64,000 bases of DNA from Stylophora pistillata (lineage: Eukaryota): positions 135,972-199,971 of the forward strand of contig NW_019217794.1 in the NCBI RefSeq assembly GCF_002571385.2, given 5' to 3'. The notes below the pieces were generated by a model that saw only the letters and a program-made list of their open reading frames with translations, was not told the DNA's origin and did not search any database. Shown piece by piece: positions 35,737 through 47,803 of this stretch. The translations under genes were made by a program, and so were the position numbers. Position 1 is the first letter of the stretch. Every line of letters starts with the position of its first letter.

Positions 35737-36204
35737 CTGTTAGCTTTCGGCCCTCTTGACACTGTTCACAGAAATAATTGTTTAGGTAAAAGGTTCGACT
35801 GAATTAAAGATAATTTAGAGCGCGGTTTTGTTAAATAATAAAAAAATTGTTTAAATAGCCGGCCCTCTATGTTTATATGAATCCATGCATTTTGATTGGT
35901 TCTTCACTTATGGTCTATTGGGGGACAGACGCATAGATTACGTCACTTACCATTAACAATATAAAACAAACAGATTCCATGTCGCCATTGGTCTCTATAG
36001 TATTGGAACCCAAAAGGCGACATAATGTGGTAAAAGTATCAGACTGCAACTCGTATCTCAATTCGTGAACAGACCCACGGCAATATGGACTGATTTAGTC
36101 ATTAAATAAAGAAGTATAGAAATCTGCTGTGCCAAATATGGCATTGGAACAATTTTTCTCTAATTAGGGTCAGACATTCAGGTGAATGAGCTTGTGAGTT
36201 TGGA

Positions 36205-36225
36205 ATAACAATAATAATAATGATG

Positions 36226-36256
<31 letters not shown>

Positions 36257-36305
36257 GTATGATAATAATGATGAAGATAATGATAATGATAATAATGATA
36301 ATAAT
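36205..36305. repeat. (ATA/ATG)n microsatellite
   Basis: About 100 bp of aat/gat triplets. Confidence 0.9.
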
Positions 36306-36590
36306 CCTCACAGAAAGGAACACCTCCTTGAAAGCAGCAGAAAAACTCTGTAAGTACAAAGATCTTTAAGTCGAAATCGAGAAAACAGGGGGAGCGAAAA
36401 CAAAAACCGTCCCAGTGATCAATGGAGCTGGCAAGATCCCAGGCAATATCAGAATAGCAGAGCTACAGAAGACTCTTTCCATCAAGTAATCCAGCAGACT
36501 TATGAATGACTGCCCTAGGCTCATGGATTGAACTCGGCTTCATAAGAAAAAAAGAGCAAGACTTTAAGGAACTATGATAATAATTTATAG
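36304..36590 (+). mobile_element. 5'-truncated R4/Dong-like non-LTR retrotransposon (C-terminal end of the RLE domain plus 3' UTR)
   Basis: The frame from 36304 reads ILTERNTSLKAAEKLCKYKDL*VEIEKTGGAKTKTVPVINGAGKIPGNIRIAELQKTLSIK*, directly abutting a TAA-type microsatellite. Confidence 0.75.
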
Positions 36591-36725
36591 AAAATAATCC
36601 TTTATTCACCATAATCACAAAAAATTATAACAAATATTATGATAAAATGCTTGAAAATCGAAAAAATGTGTTAAAATGTCTAACAAAAATGTAAGAAAAA
36701 CTAGAGGATACACACTGTGATAACG

Positions 36726-36729
<4 letters not shown>

Positions 36730-36763
<34 letters not shown>
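36730..36763. repeat. (AAT)n microsatellite
   Basis: About 11 aat units. Confidence 0.9.
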
Positions 36764-37127
36764 GGAAAAAAATTTACAGTCATTCTGAAAGTTCAAACCT
36801 TATAAATCAAGAGTGGCATGCTGTGGTATATTACGTACAACGAGGTAGAGAGATGCATTAACACTAACATCGCATTAACACTGTCGATATAAAAAGCGAT
36901 TTAATCTTTATCTTAAGCTTCTAATGGCCTCTAGTCCTCTTCTACCTCTGATGTCATGGCTTTTCACCCAGTTCAAACATCCTGACACTTCCTGTCCAGT
37001 TTAATGGCTAGTGCCATCTTTTCAGCTCGAAGACTGCGAAACCAGAATCGAAATATTTCTTCCCTTGACATGTTGAAAAAAGGAAACATTAAGGTTTATT
37101 TCTTCTTAACTCTATATAAAGCAACAT

Positions 37128-37493
37128 TAAAGAGATTTAGCACCGCGCTTACGTGAAACGTGAACGGCAAGAGGGACCACGTGACCTGTTTTTCCCGCCA
37201 TCTTTACTCGTTTGCCGGTTGCGCTTTACCGTGTCTAAGTGAGAGTAACCTATTTTGCTTTTGCGGTGTAGGTAAGAGTTTCTTCCCTGTTTCGCTCACA
37301 GAGTAGAAATTAATTGTGGAAAAAGAGCACCAAAATTATTCCTTGTAATTGATGCAAGAGCGCCTTCAAATCCACCATGACGTAAGCTCACGCGAAGCTA
37401 AAGCAGTAAGGCTCATGCTGTTCAATTTATGGGAGACGTGAAAGGAAAGTTGACGTTTGCCGTTTCACGTAAACGTGGTGCTAAATCTCTCTA
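37128..37493. mobile_element. MITE with ~30-40 bp TIR (agagatttagcacc...)
   Basis: agagatttagcaccgcgcttacgtgaaac / gtttcacgtaaacgtggtgctaaatctct. Confidence 0.8.
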
Positions 37494-38315
37494 TTGTCTC
37501 GATTAGCCGGCCTTGAAACACCGACATTGTTCACCAAGGTCGCCTCTACTGATAATAGTTTATTCTAAAAATTTACCAGTTCGCAAAATTTTCAGTCTTT
37601 CCCGGCTTTTTTAATTTATTATGAAGGCCAAGAAGTGTTGTTGCAAAAAGCTCTTATGTGAATATCAAAGAGAACTTGAAGTTCGAGTTCTGCATCTTTC
37701 TATCGCAATGCACATGAGAAACTTATCTGAAAACACGTGATATGCTCAATACTAAAATCTGGGAGTTTTAAAGGCTTTCATAGAGGGTCTAATGAGGATG
37801 ATGGCTTGTACGGCCAACGTTAAGCATTTTTGCCATTTTATGGCTAACGGTTAATTCAAAATGACACAAAATGACACATAATAAAAGTTCAGAAAATTTA
37901 AGGTTAGCTTTATTACGACTGAGAGTTGAAATTTTTCAATTACTACGCCTAACGGCTAACGTTTATATTAACCCCATCTGATGGACCCGCTGTCAAGGCG
38001 AACCTCTCTACTTGTGGATTTCGGTATGCAGACACTTCCTGCATACTAAATAAATGCAAAAAGTGATCAATAGCGTACCACACGATGATTCTACTCGCAT
38101 TTCTTATTTTTTCACAATTCCTTTCTTTTCTTCGAAGAATGAAAAAAGCAACCAGATGAAAAGAAAAAGATTCAAATATTGTAAACGGTACGTGTTTCTG
38201 AATATAAAGATATGTGTTTCTAAAATTAGAGATTATATTGTTGTGTGAGTCAACTTAATCACTGTCCGGATGACTAATTTGGTGAAGCAGATATCGCCGG
38301 CCTTCGATTATGTAA

Positions 38316-38494
38316 GACCACTTTCATAAATGGCTGCCGGATTAATATTCTTTTGTTTAAATTTAAATTAGCCTTTCTGGCCTCGTTCTCCAGTACAAAA
38401 TTCAAAAGAATACATTATCTCAAGCGAGGCCAGAAAGGCTAATTTAAATTTAAACAAAAGAATATTAAACCGGCAGCCATTTTTGAAAGTGGTC
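38316..38494. mobile_element. Hairpin MITE (gaccactttca...tgaaagtggtc), ~70-bp arms
   Basis: Near-perfect palindrome, absent from the paralogous site near 60600. Confidence 0.85.
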
Positions 38495-40530
38495 AAATTG
38501 ACACATGCATTAATATGGATGTATCATGGATATATCAGCGCTAAGTGCTTTTGCCAACTGCAACTTTTCAGCGTGAAGATTTGAAACCCAGGATCCAAAC
38601 CCAATAGTTATACACAAGGTATGTTTAATGGAGAGAACATCAACCTTCTGTTTTTAATTTTGAGCTACACTCGAGTTTCATTATCGATCAGCCGTGTTTA
38701 AAACAGAGCTGAACCACGTGCATTGTTTACCAAAGCCATTTCTGATAATAGTATTGAGTTTATTTTAAACATTTCTCATATGAAGGTTTTAACAGCTTAT
38801 CTTCATTACTCTATCGGAGAGGAGATTGAACTATGTAGAGATAGCTAACCCTTTTCAAAGTTAATAAAAGTCTCCCCAGAGAATGAGCAATACTCAATCC
38901 AGTGATTTCAGCGATCTTTCGTCATATTCAGTTAGAGAACGTTTCCACCGATAAGAGTAAAATCAAAAGAAAACTGATCAAAGCTGTCAATAAATGCGAA
39001 GGGCAAAATCGCATGCAGAGCTCAAAGCCAGCAAAAGTGAGCGGCTGAAAGCGATCATAAATGTGACTGACCAATTTGCGATCAGAAAGACGACCAAGTT
39101 GTGCAAGCCTTCTCGTCCAAAACAGAGTAAGACAAAGCAAAAGTAAAGCAGTTCCTAACTACTGTGCGCGCTGAGTCAAAAATCTGCTCAGGAAATCAAA
39201 TCGCGGTTTAATTAATTGCAGTTCAGGTCCAATGTGCTTGAAAGCTTGCTGGAACAGCTTGACTGATCGAAACAAGACTGATGATAATATAGTCGAAGCT
39301 GTGTTATATAATCACCCACGGAAAACTGGGGGACACAGAATGGCACTCAAACGTAATAGAGAAACGCTGTTTTGTCCTAACAGTCCCGAAAGAGAGATGA
39401 TCTGCAATGCGTAGAGGTAATTTGAACTCAAAGAGTCGATGGATTAGAATGAATGAATGTGACTTGACTAGTTTTATTTGATTGGTTTCGCTCCAAGTAT
39501 CCAAGGGCCGAGTAGTTCCGCTCTAAGTGACAAAGGTCGGGTGGTTTCACTCCATGAAATTTCGGGACTTTGAAAACGTGACCGTTAATACAACGCCGCT
39601 TCATTAAGTTCGACTGTATTAACAAAATAATAGGATAATGATGATATCTTTTAAAGGGAACCGCCACTCTTTAAACAAATAGACTCAAAATGTTCCAAAT
39701 GAACTTTTTATTACATCTGACATTGAAAAAAATTGCATCAACAAGCGACCTGATTTTTACAAAAATGTAATAATATCGCACAAAATGTAATAAAATATTC
39801 TATTAAAAGATGTAGCAATTTTTTATCCTACAAGCTGCGGTGCTATACAAAGATTTCTAGCCCAGAGGAAAGTTGCGATGATAGTTTTTCCCTCGTGTCA
39901 GATACTGCCAGTCAGGTGTTGATACGTCACTCGCCTTTCGCGCCTCTCTGCCCTGTTGCTAATTGCATAACAAAGCCTCCAAAGTAGTTTGTCAAAGTTT
40001 CTCGGTTTATGGCTGATAAAACACTAAAAAATTCGTATTGCTCGCTGACAGAGACGTTCAAAATTTCCTACAAAGAGAAAGAAAACCAAAATACGGAAAG
40101 TTACGTACTCAATGGCTTTTGTAATGGCATTTCTCGCGGCTGAGAGGAAAGATCGACAACTGGAAGATTAGCCACCGGCCGATTTTGGCTGTGTACCTGA
40201 AACAATTTCTTCAGTAGGTGAGGAACTGAGAATTTTGTAAATTGAAAGTTAAGCCCATTGTTTTCCTTTGTAATGATTCAAAGCATTTTTCTTTCTTAAG
40301 CCCTAATTTTTTCCCTTTATCTATAGAATTGACTGTTCTTGCCAGTAAAGGGCTCGAGTGTTTGTATAATAAAACAAATGGTACATGGTTGCTTGTATAG
40401 TGTAGAATTTATCTTTTCGTATTCAAATCAATATCGCACTCCCTTCGCTGCGCTCACTCGTGATCTACCGTGTTGAACATTCGATGAGAAATTCCAAATC
40501 TACACGTACCCATGTATTATTCTCTATTTA

Positions 40531-40813
40531 CAGTTAAACTAAGTGAAGCGTACCCCTCAAGATTGAACAATGATCTGAACAATGATTTGAACCTCTGATT
40601 TGAACAATGATCCGCGCCTTTTCAAAACGGATACGGCTATCGGGTTCAATATTCAAATAATCAATCCATTATTGCATTCGTGAAACGGCTAGTGGATCCA
40701 ATAATCAAATAATCAATTCATTATTGCATTCTTAAAACGACTGGCGGGTTCAATATCCAAATGATCAATTCATTAATGTAATCTTGAGGGGTACGCTTCA
40801 CTTAGTTTGACGG
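40531..40813. mobile_element. TA-flanked MITE (Tc1/mariner-like) with internal ~60-bp tandem repeats; duplicated at 42554-42836
   Basis: ta|cagttaaactaagtgaagcgtacccctcaagatt ... aatcttgaggggtacgcttcacttagtttgacgg|ta. Confidence 0.8.
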
Positions 40814-41164
40814 TAACGCATAATGTAATAACACCACTGAAATGTGCTACAAAGGCAGCGGCTAAAGTCAGAGTAGTAAATCAGAATTCTACTGCAAAAG
40901 TGCACATGTCAGCTGTATTCATGCAGACTGTTGATGGGAATGGAGGGTCAGTAAAACATTAGGCATTACGTTCTTGAGGAAAACTGGTATGAATTTTTCT
41001 TTTGGTCTGTTAAATTGACAAAAGTTGACAATGTAACGTCCGAAAAATGTCACTCATTTAAAGTACCATAGTCACACCTTTCAACTAATTTCCGCTTTCT
41101 TTACATTTACTACGACCCTACCTTTAAAAGTGTAGTAGAAAACCCGAAAAATTTTAATACTGTG

Positions 41165-42078
41165 NNNNNNNNNNNNNNNNNNNNNNNNNNNNNNNNNNNN
41201 NNNNNNNNNNNNNNNNNNNNNNNNNNNNNNNNNNNNNNNNNNNNNNNNNNNNNNNNNNNNNNNNNNNNNNNNNNNNNNNNNNNNNNNNNNNNNNNNNNNN
41301 NNNNNNNNNNNNNNNNNNNNNNNNNNNNNNNNNNNNNNNNNNNNNNNNNNNNNNNNNNNNNNNNNNNNNNNNNNNNNNNNNNNNNNNNNNNNNNNNNNNN
41401 NNNNNNNNNNNNNNNNNNNNNNNNNNNNNNNNNNNNNNNNNNNNNNNNNNNNNNNNNNNNNNNNNNNNNNNNNNNNNNNNNNNNNNNNNNNNNNNNNNNN
41501 NNNNNNNNNNNNNNNNNNNNNNNNNNNNNNNNNNNNNNNNNNNNNNNNNNNNNNNNNNNNNNNNNNNNNNNNNNNNNNNNNNNNNNNNNNNNNNNNNNNN
41601 NNNNNNNNNNNNNNNNNNNNNNNNNNNNNNNNNNNNNNNNNNNNNNNNNNNNNNNNNNNNNNNNNNNNNNNNNNNNNNNNNNNNNNNNNNNNNNNNNNNN
41701 NNNNNNNNNNNNNNNNNNNNNNNNNNNNNNNNNNNNNNNNNNNNNNNNNNNNNNNNNNNNNNNNNNNNNNNNNNNNNNNNNNNNNNNNNNNNNNNNNNNN
41801 NNNNNNNNNNNNNNNNNNNNNNNNNNNNNNNNNNNNNNNNNNNNNNNNNNNNNNNNNNNNNNNNNNNNNNNNNNNNNNNNNNNNNNNNNNNNNNNNNNNN
41901 NNNNNNNNNNNNNNNNNNNNNNNNNNNNNNNNNNNNNNNNNNNNNNNNNNNNNNNNNNNNNNNNNNNNNNNNNNNNNNNNNNNNNNNNNNNNNNNNNNNN
42001 NNNNNNNNNNNNNNNNNNNNNNNNNNNNNNNNNNNNNNNNNNNNNNNNNNNNNNNNNNNNNNNNNNNNNNNNNNNNNN
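41165..42078. other. Assembly gap flanked by a near-identical ~1-kb direct repeat (40056-41053 vs 42079-43076)
   Basis: N run; the same sequence occurs on both sides at offset 2023. Confidence 0.95.
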
Positions 42079-43734
42079 GTTCAAAATTTCCTACAAAGAG
42101 AAAGAAAACCAAAATACGGAAAGTTACGTACTCAATGGCTTTTGTAATGGCATTTCTCGCGGCTGAGAGCAGAGATCGACAACAGGAAGATTAGCCACCG
42201 GCCGATTTTGGCTGTGTACCTGAAACAATTTCTTCAGTAGGTGAGGAACTGAGAATTTTGTAAATTGAAAGTTAAGCCCATTGTTTTCCTTTGTAATGAT
42301 TCAAAGCATTTTTCTTTCTTAAGCCCTAATTTTTTCCCTTTATCTATAGAATTGACTGTTCTTGCCAGTAAAGGGCTCGAGTGTTTGTATAATAAAACAA
42401 ATGGTACATGGTTGCTTGTATAGTGTAGAATTTATCTTTTCGTATTCAAATCAATATCGCACTCCCTTCGCTGCGCTCACTCGTGATCTACCGTGTTGAA
42501 CATTCGATGAGAAATTCCAAATCTACACGTACCCATGTATTATTCTCTATTTACAGTTAAACTAAGTGAAGCGTACCCCTCAAGATTGAACAATGATCTG
42601 AACAATGATTTGAACCTCTGATTTGAACAATGATCCGCGCCTTTTCAAAACGGATACGGCTATCGGGTTCAATATTCAAATAATCAATCCATTATTGCAT
42701 TCGTGAAACGGCTAGTGGATCCAATAATCAAATAATCAATTCATTATTGCATTCTTAAAACGACTGGCGGGTTCAATATCCAAATGATCAATTCATTAAT
42801 GTAATCTTGAGGGGTACGCTTCACTTAGTTTGACGGTAACGCATAATGTAATAACACCACTGAAATGTGCTACAAAGGCAGCGGCTAAAGTCAGAGTAGT
42901 AAATCAGAATTCTACTGCAAAAGTGCACATGTCAGCTGTATTCATGCAGACTGTTGATGGGAATGGAGGGTCACTTAAACATTAGGCATTACGTTCTTGA
43001 GGAAAACTGGTATGAATTTTTCTTTTGGTCTGTTAAATTGACAAAAGTTGACAATGTAACGTCCGAAAAATGTCATGCAATAAAGTACCTTAGTCGAACC
43101 TTATGAATGATTTCCGCCTGCTTTACTTTTACTACGACCCTGCTTTTAAGAGTGTAGTAGAAAACTTGAAATCTGCGATGTTGAACTCAACCGAGAGTGA
43201 TGAAGATACATGTCATTTTTAAGCTATTGCATTTTGTATTGCTACATTCTTCGTTAGAAAAGTCATTACATTTCGCGTTGAGAAGTTATTACATCCTGCT
43301 TTAAATACCCTTTTTTTTTTACACTTTGCGTGGATTATTGAATTTTGCATTGGTAAAACATTTTTCGGCGATCGTCGTTACAATTTACGTCGGCTTTCCA
43401 TTTCACGACGTAACTGTTATTTTCAACAGTCGATCTCAAGATTTACCGTAGATTTGTACTACACTTACACGATCTTTGACAGATTCACTCACTAGTTAAT
43501 GTCCAAAATTTCGGCCTTGGATGCGAATTAAACTAAAATTTCTCTATTCGCCATTTTTTTCTTCTTTTTAAAAAAACCTTTTAAACTCCCTGCTCTTTAG
43601 ATAACTGTATGATAGAGTACTAAAAAACGAAAAAAAAACAAAACAAAAAAACAACGCTTCACAAGCACCAAAGAAATTCGTAAGCTGTGTCAAGCTGTGT
43701 CATGTGATTTGGGTATGAAAAAATCATGAAGAGT

Positions 43735-44515
43735 CAGAATTAATCTTCCTTTAAAAGATCAGGGCCCAGTTGTGCAAAGGCTGATTAGCACTAACCCAGG
43801 TACAGATTTTTATCCAGTTTTCCATATTTCTCTGATCAAAAGCCGTTTTGAGATAGTTTTCCCAAATCTTTTTAGAACATTTAATCATCAAATTGTAGAC
43901 AAATGGAATTAAGCTGAATTTTCTTTGAAAGCTTTCAGATCTGAAATCAAATTTCACACTAACCCTTGGTTATTTTAACCCAGCTTTGAACAATCCGGCC
44001 CAGATCTCTGCCAATGCTGTCCGTGGGCATTCAAGTGATCTTAGCCATAGAATTGGCCTTACCTTGCAGCCAATTTTTGTTAGTAGAAAACTAGAATAAG
44101 ACCTTAAACCTGAGGAAGCCAAGCCATCTATAGTGATTTAGCAATACTTTTCATGCGATCTGTGTGATGCAGATTATGTCTGTTAAGTAGCCCGACAACT
44201 TTTTCAACGCGTTCCTGAACACAAGAATTAGGTAATTGATAAGCATACCACTACTGTATGCGATAGAAGCGATCTCATATTTTTAAGGTTTGAATGCTTG
44301 GTGTTTGAAATATTTTTTATCAAGAAACTCAAACCGAAGTTAAACGTGCAAACGGACAATACGTGCGAGACTTGATGTTTAGTTTTTCAAATATTTATTG
44401 TTTTGAAACGTTTTAATCAGCACCTATTGTTATTTTAGTATTTAAACTTATCAATGTTTTTCGCTGACTTATTAATAGCCGCGTTATGTTAACATCGAAA
44501 GGTCGTCGACTAGCC
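43735..44515 (+). mobile_element. Penelope-like element 3' fragment (linker plus GIY-YIG endonuclease, decayed)
   Basis: LPLKDQ[MITE]ISANAVR..DLSHRIGLTLQPIFVSRKL..DLKPEEAKPSIV..YFSCDLCDADYV..ARQLFQRVPEHKN..FECLVFEIFFIKKLKPKLNVQTD. Confidence 0.8.
43763..44000. mobile_element. MITE with CAG TSD (PIF/Harbinger-like) inserted into a Penelope remnant
   Basis: cag|ggcccagttgtgcaaag...ctttgaacaatccggcc|cag. Confidence 0.85.
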
Positions 44516-46899
44516 TTTTTGTAGCCTTTTTAAAATGTATATTAATGCTTTTTAGAAGTATGTTATCGCAATATTTTACGGCATACTTAGCAAGTTTTAA
44601 ACTATGTTTCCTGATCGCTAGTCGTTCAAATGATGCTATGGTATGCTACGCTCTTCAAGTTTGCGTGCGCGCTATAACAAAGCATAGCAAAAATATATTG
44701 ATTAGAGACAATTTAAGCATGAAAAAGCAACTCCATTGTTTGCCCCTTAACAATCACGAAGGTTGTATTGTACTGGCAGAATCTTGGGCAGTGTTCCTCC
44801 CATTCCATAGCAACAACTCGTCTTTAGCGAAAGACCAAAAACGAAATGTCCATCCTAAAGCGCAAAACAATTCATAAAGGGACAAAAAAAAAACCGCGTC
44901 ATAAATAACGTAACGCTGAGAGCAAAGGAAAGCTGGATTACTGACGCGGAAAAACCATTGAAAAACAAAATATTGATACGGTCGAATTGATTTGTTATTG
45001 ACTGGGCGCAGTTTACACCCGAACGCCCTTCATTACCTTTGTATCCTTAGCACCAAAAGGATTGCAAATATCAAAAATTTCGAGCCTTTTCCAAGGGGCA
45101 AAACACTTCAGCGTTCAAAAAAGGTGGTGGAGTTATTGTGCGCAAAATTCAAGGATCTGGTGCTGAAAGAGATAGTACAGAGTTTGAGGAACACGCTTGC
45201 TTAATCAGCCGTTTGTACTTATCTTACAATAGGTGCATATTTTATTTATTTCTGTGACCAAGAATTGATTATAGAACGGCGGTAATCTTAGCCAAATTTA
45301 TAGAACCCTTTTTCGTTTGCGCATTCCATAACGATATAATTGAGCTCTTCAGTTATTTCGTAAACGACGAGTCAGCTCATTGACATCTTTTTAAATTATG
45401 ATGGCCAATTGTTTTAGTTTTTGCCTCAGGATCCTACACACACCCTGCCGACCTCAATAGACCTAAATTCTATAGTTTCTAATGTTTTTTGTCTATTCAT
45501 CATTTGTTTAATGATAAATTACTTGAAAACTAAATTTTGAAATGTTCAATATGCGGAGACAATTAAAGATTACGTCAATTTGCATGTTCTTTTTGGTAGA
45601 TTGTCCCAGGCCTGTAGTTGCGTAATTTATCACTGATTTCGGTCGTTCTAGCCCGCAATACTGTTGACAAAGTACTCAAAGTTAGAGCTTAACGCAAAAT
45701 AAAATGATCTCTTCAACAGTACGTTATGTGACTCGTGGTTAGGCTTTGATACAAAGAGGCTCTTCAAGAAAACACAAATAGATGAAAAAGTTCACCAATT
45801 TAGTCTTAATTAGCTGGCGTAGTCTCCCTCTTCTACCTTTTATCTCACGTTAGAAACGCAGATAAATTGATAGATGACGCCGGAGTGTTTCGAGAGATAT
45901 CGAGTTCGATAGACTACTAAGAACAGTATCAATTGTTCATTAATGAGGTTGCAAGAGCAACCTTGGGTTTTACTAAACCCTTTGTATTCAGGACATCTAT
46001 TTTGCATAAATATCTTGAATAAACTTCAGCGTGGCGTGGCGAAGGTGTTAAACTTGAAAAATGGCAAAGAAAACGGGGCTAGCGATAGTTTGGTTTAATT
46101 ATCTGTGATAAGACGCTGTTCTTGGAGGTAAGATTCTGTGATATTTGAACGAGTTTAAACATCTGTCAATCAGACCTTTGGGTCAAAACTCAGCTTGTCT
46201 CGTTGGTACACAATTCCACTATTAAATAATCCTTTTGGAAAGATTTCCGTATAAGCCCGTTCCAATCAGAACAAAGCCGAAGTCCCAAAGGTAATCTGTT
46301 GTTTTGCTTCTGTTTCTTTAATCCAAGAATTGCAGGCATAATGAAGTATGGGGTTACACGGAAATCTTGCCGAACATTTAAAAGGAGTAAATGTTTGCTG
46401 TCTGAATACTTGATTCAATAGGCGTCTCTACATTTCAAAGGACCATCCATGTATGACCATTCATGTATGTGCCGATCGCGCGAATAGGTGGCATAGTATT
46501 TATAGCTGGGCAAAAAGAACTCCAGACAATTTCTAAGATTAAATTTAGCTGACAATCGTATTGGCATTAACTCATTCGCAATTCGTAAATATTGAATATG
46601 TGATGGTTAATGGGTACCCTTGGCGTCAGACGCGGTGTTTGTATTAATAAAGCAATACCATATCTAGCCAAATCAAACTGAACAGTCACTCTGTAAAAGG
46701 TACAACATCAGATCGTTAATTTCAGTGTTTACTATGTTTTATTTTATCTTTTAGTTACAAAATCGATTTTCGTCTTGCCTATATGCAAAAGGAGTTTTTT
46801 CGAGCTAAGGTAAACAAATGGCGTGGAATGGCTTTGATTTTAAAATGACTTTTAAAACAAAAGGTCGTACATGCAGATTTATTTCTGCAGGAAAAAATC

Positions 46900-47491
46900 T
46901 AGTCTCCCTTACAGCCCTTTCCGGCGTCGTCACGCAAGCGAAAACTCCCCCACCAATTGCTGCTCCTATTCGAACTACATTCCTTTCTGGAAATTGGCCA
47001 ATCAGTACTTACTTACCATATTCTGGAAAGCGTTCGCGCCTCAATAATCAAACCAATCACAGAGTTCGTATTATCCGACCGTTGAAACTGACAAAATGAA
47101 GACGCTTTCGACTTAGTGCGAGATACTTTTGGTATTGAGAGCTTGAATTCGCATCAGAGAGAAGCCATAACAGTAATTATAGAAGAGAGAAGAGATGTTT
47201 TTATAAATTTTCCCATTGGATTTGGGAAAAAAAAACAGTGATCGTTATATGATATTTTCTTCGGAGTTTCGATGCCATCAGATTCTATCTTTGGAAACTA
47301 ACGCTAACGCGCTTCCTGTGAATTCGCGGGAATAAATATATGGCGTGTTTTTTGGTTGTTTGTCAGACAATAACTTTATTTTGATTGGATAACACATTAC
47401 AATGGGAAAGGAATATTGTTCGAATGTGAGCTACCGTTGGTGGGGGTTTTCGCTTGCGTGACGACGCCGGAAAGGGCTGTAAGGGAGACTA
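46900..47491 (+). mobile_element. Non-autonomous AcademH-like DNA transposon carrying a RecQ-type helicase fragment
   Basis: TIRs of about 55 bp (TAGTCTCCCTTACAGCCCTTTCCGGCGTCGTCACGCAAGCGAAAAC). Flanks gaaaaaatc/aaaagaatc (7/9). 47101-47229 reads DAFDLVRDTFGIESLNSHQREAITVIIEERRDVFINFPIGFGK. Confidence 0.8.
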
Positions 47492-47803
47492 AAAAGAATC
47501 CGAGCGTAAAAAAGTCGCAGTCCTGTTGAGATGCTTAATGCTCCATCGCGCTTCAAAAGGGCGTTCTGGTCTGTGACAGTTAGTAGTAACGACACATTTG
47601 TGATAATGTTGGATTTTGTAACACGGTTAACAGCATTTTGTAATATTTAGCGCGTTTTGAAATAGGTATTGCAGTATTTTGTATTAAGGGCGAGCAACGC
47701 ATTTTGTAACAAGAGGTGCGGCATTATGCTAGAGTCGTCGACCTTGACACAAATTATTATTAGATCAATTTTGTCACAAAGCATACAAAACAAATAGGGA
47801 AAT

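Larger units (their letters stand above)
37570..43470 (+). repeat. Segmental duplication copy 1 (paralogous to 59975-64000)
   Basis: Colinear diverged matches from gaaggccaagaagtgttgttgcaaaaa through tcgatctc-ag...gtagatttgt--tacact. Confidence 0.9.

Noticed and set aside
36102-36359. Poly-Ile membrane protein ORF
   Set aside because: Translation of a triplet microsatellite.
41081-42166. Long ORFs of 324-343 aa in the ORF track
   Set aside because: They consist of X residues from the N gap.
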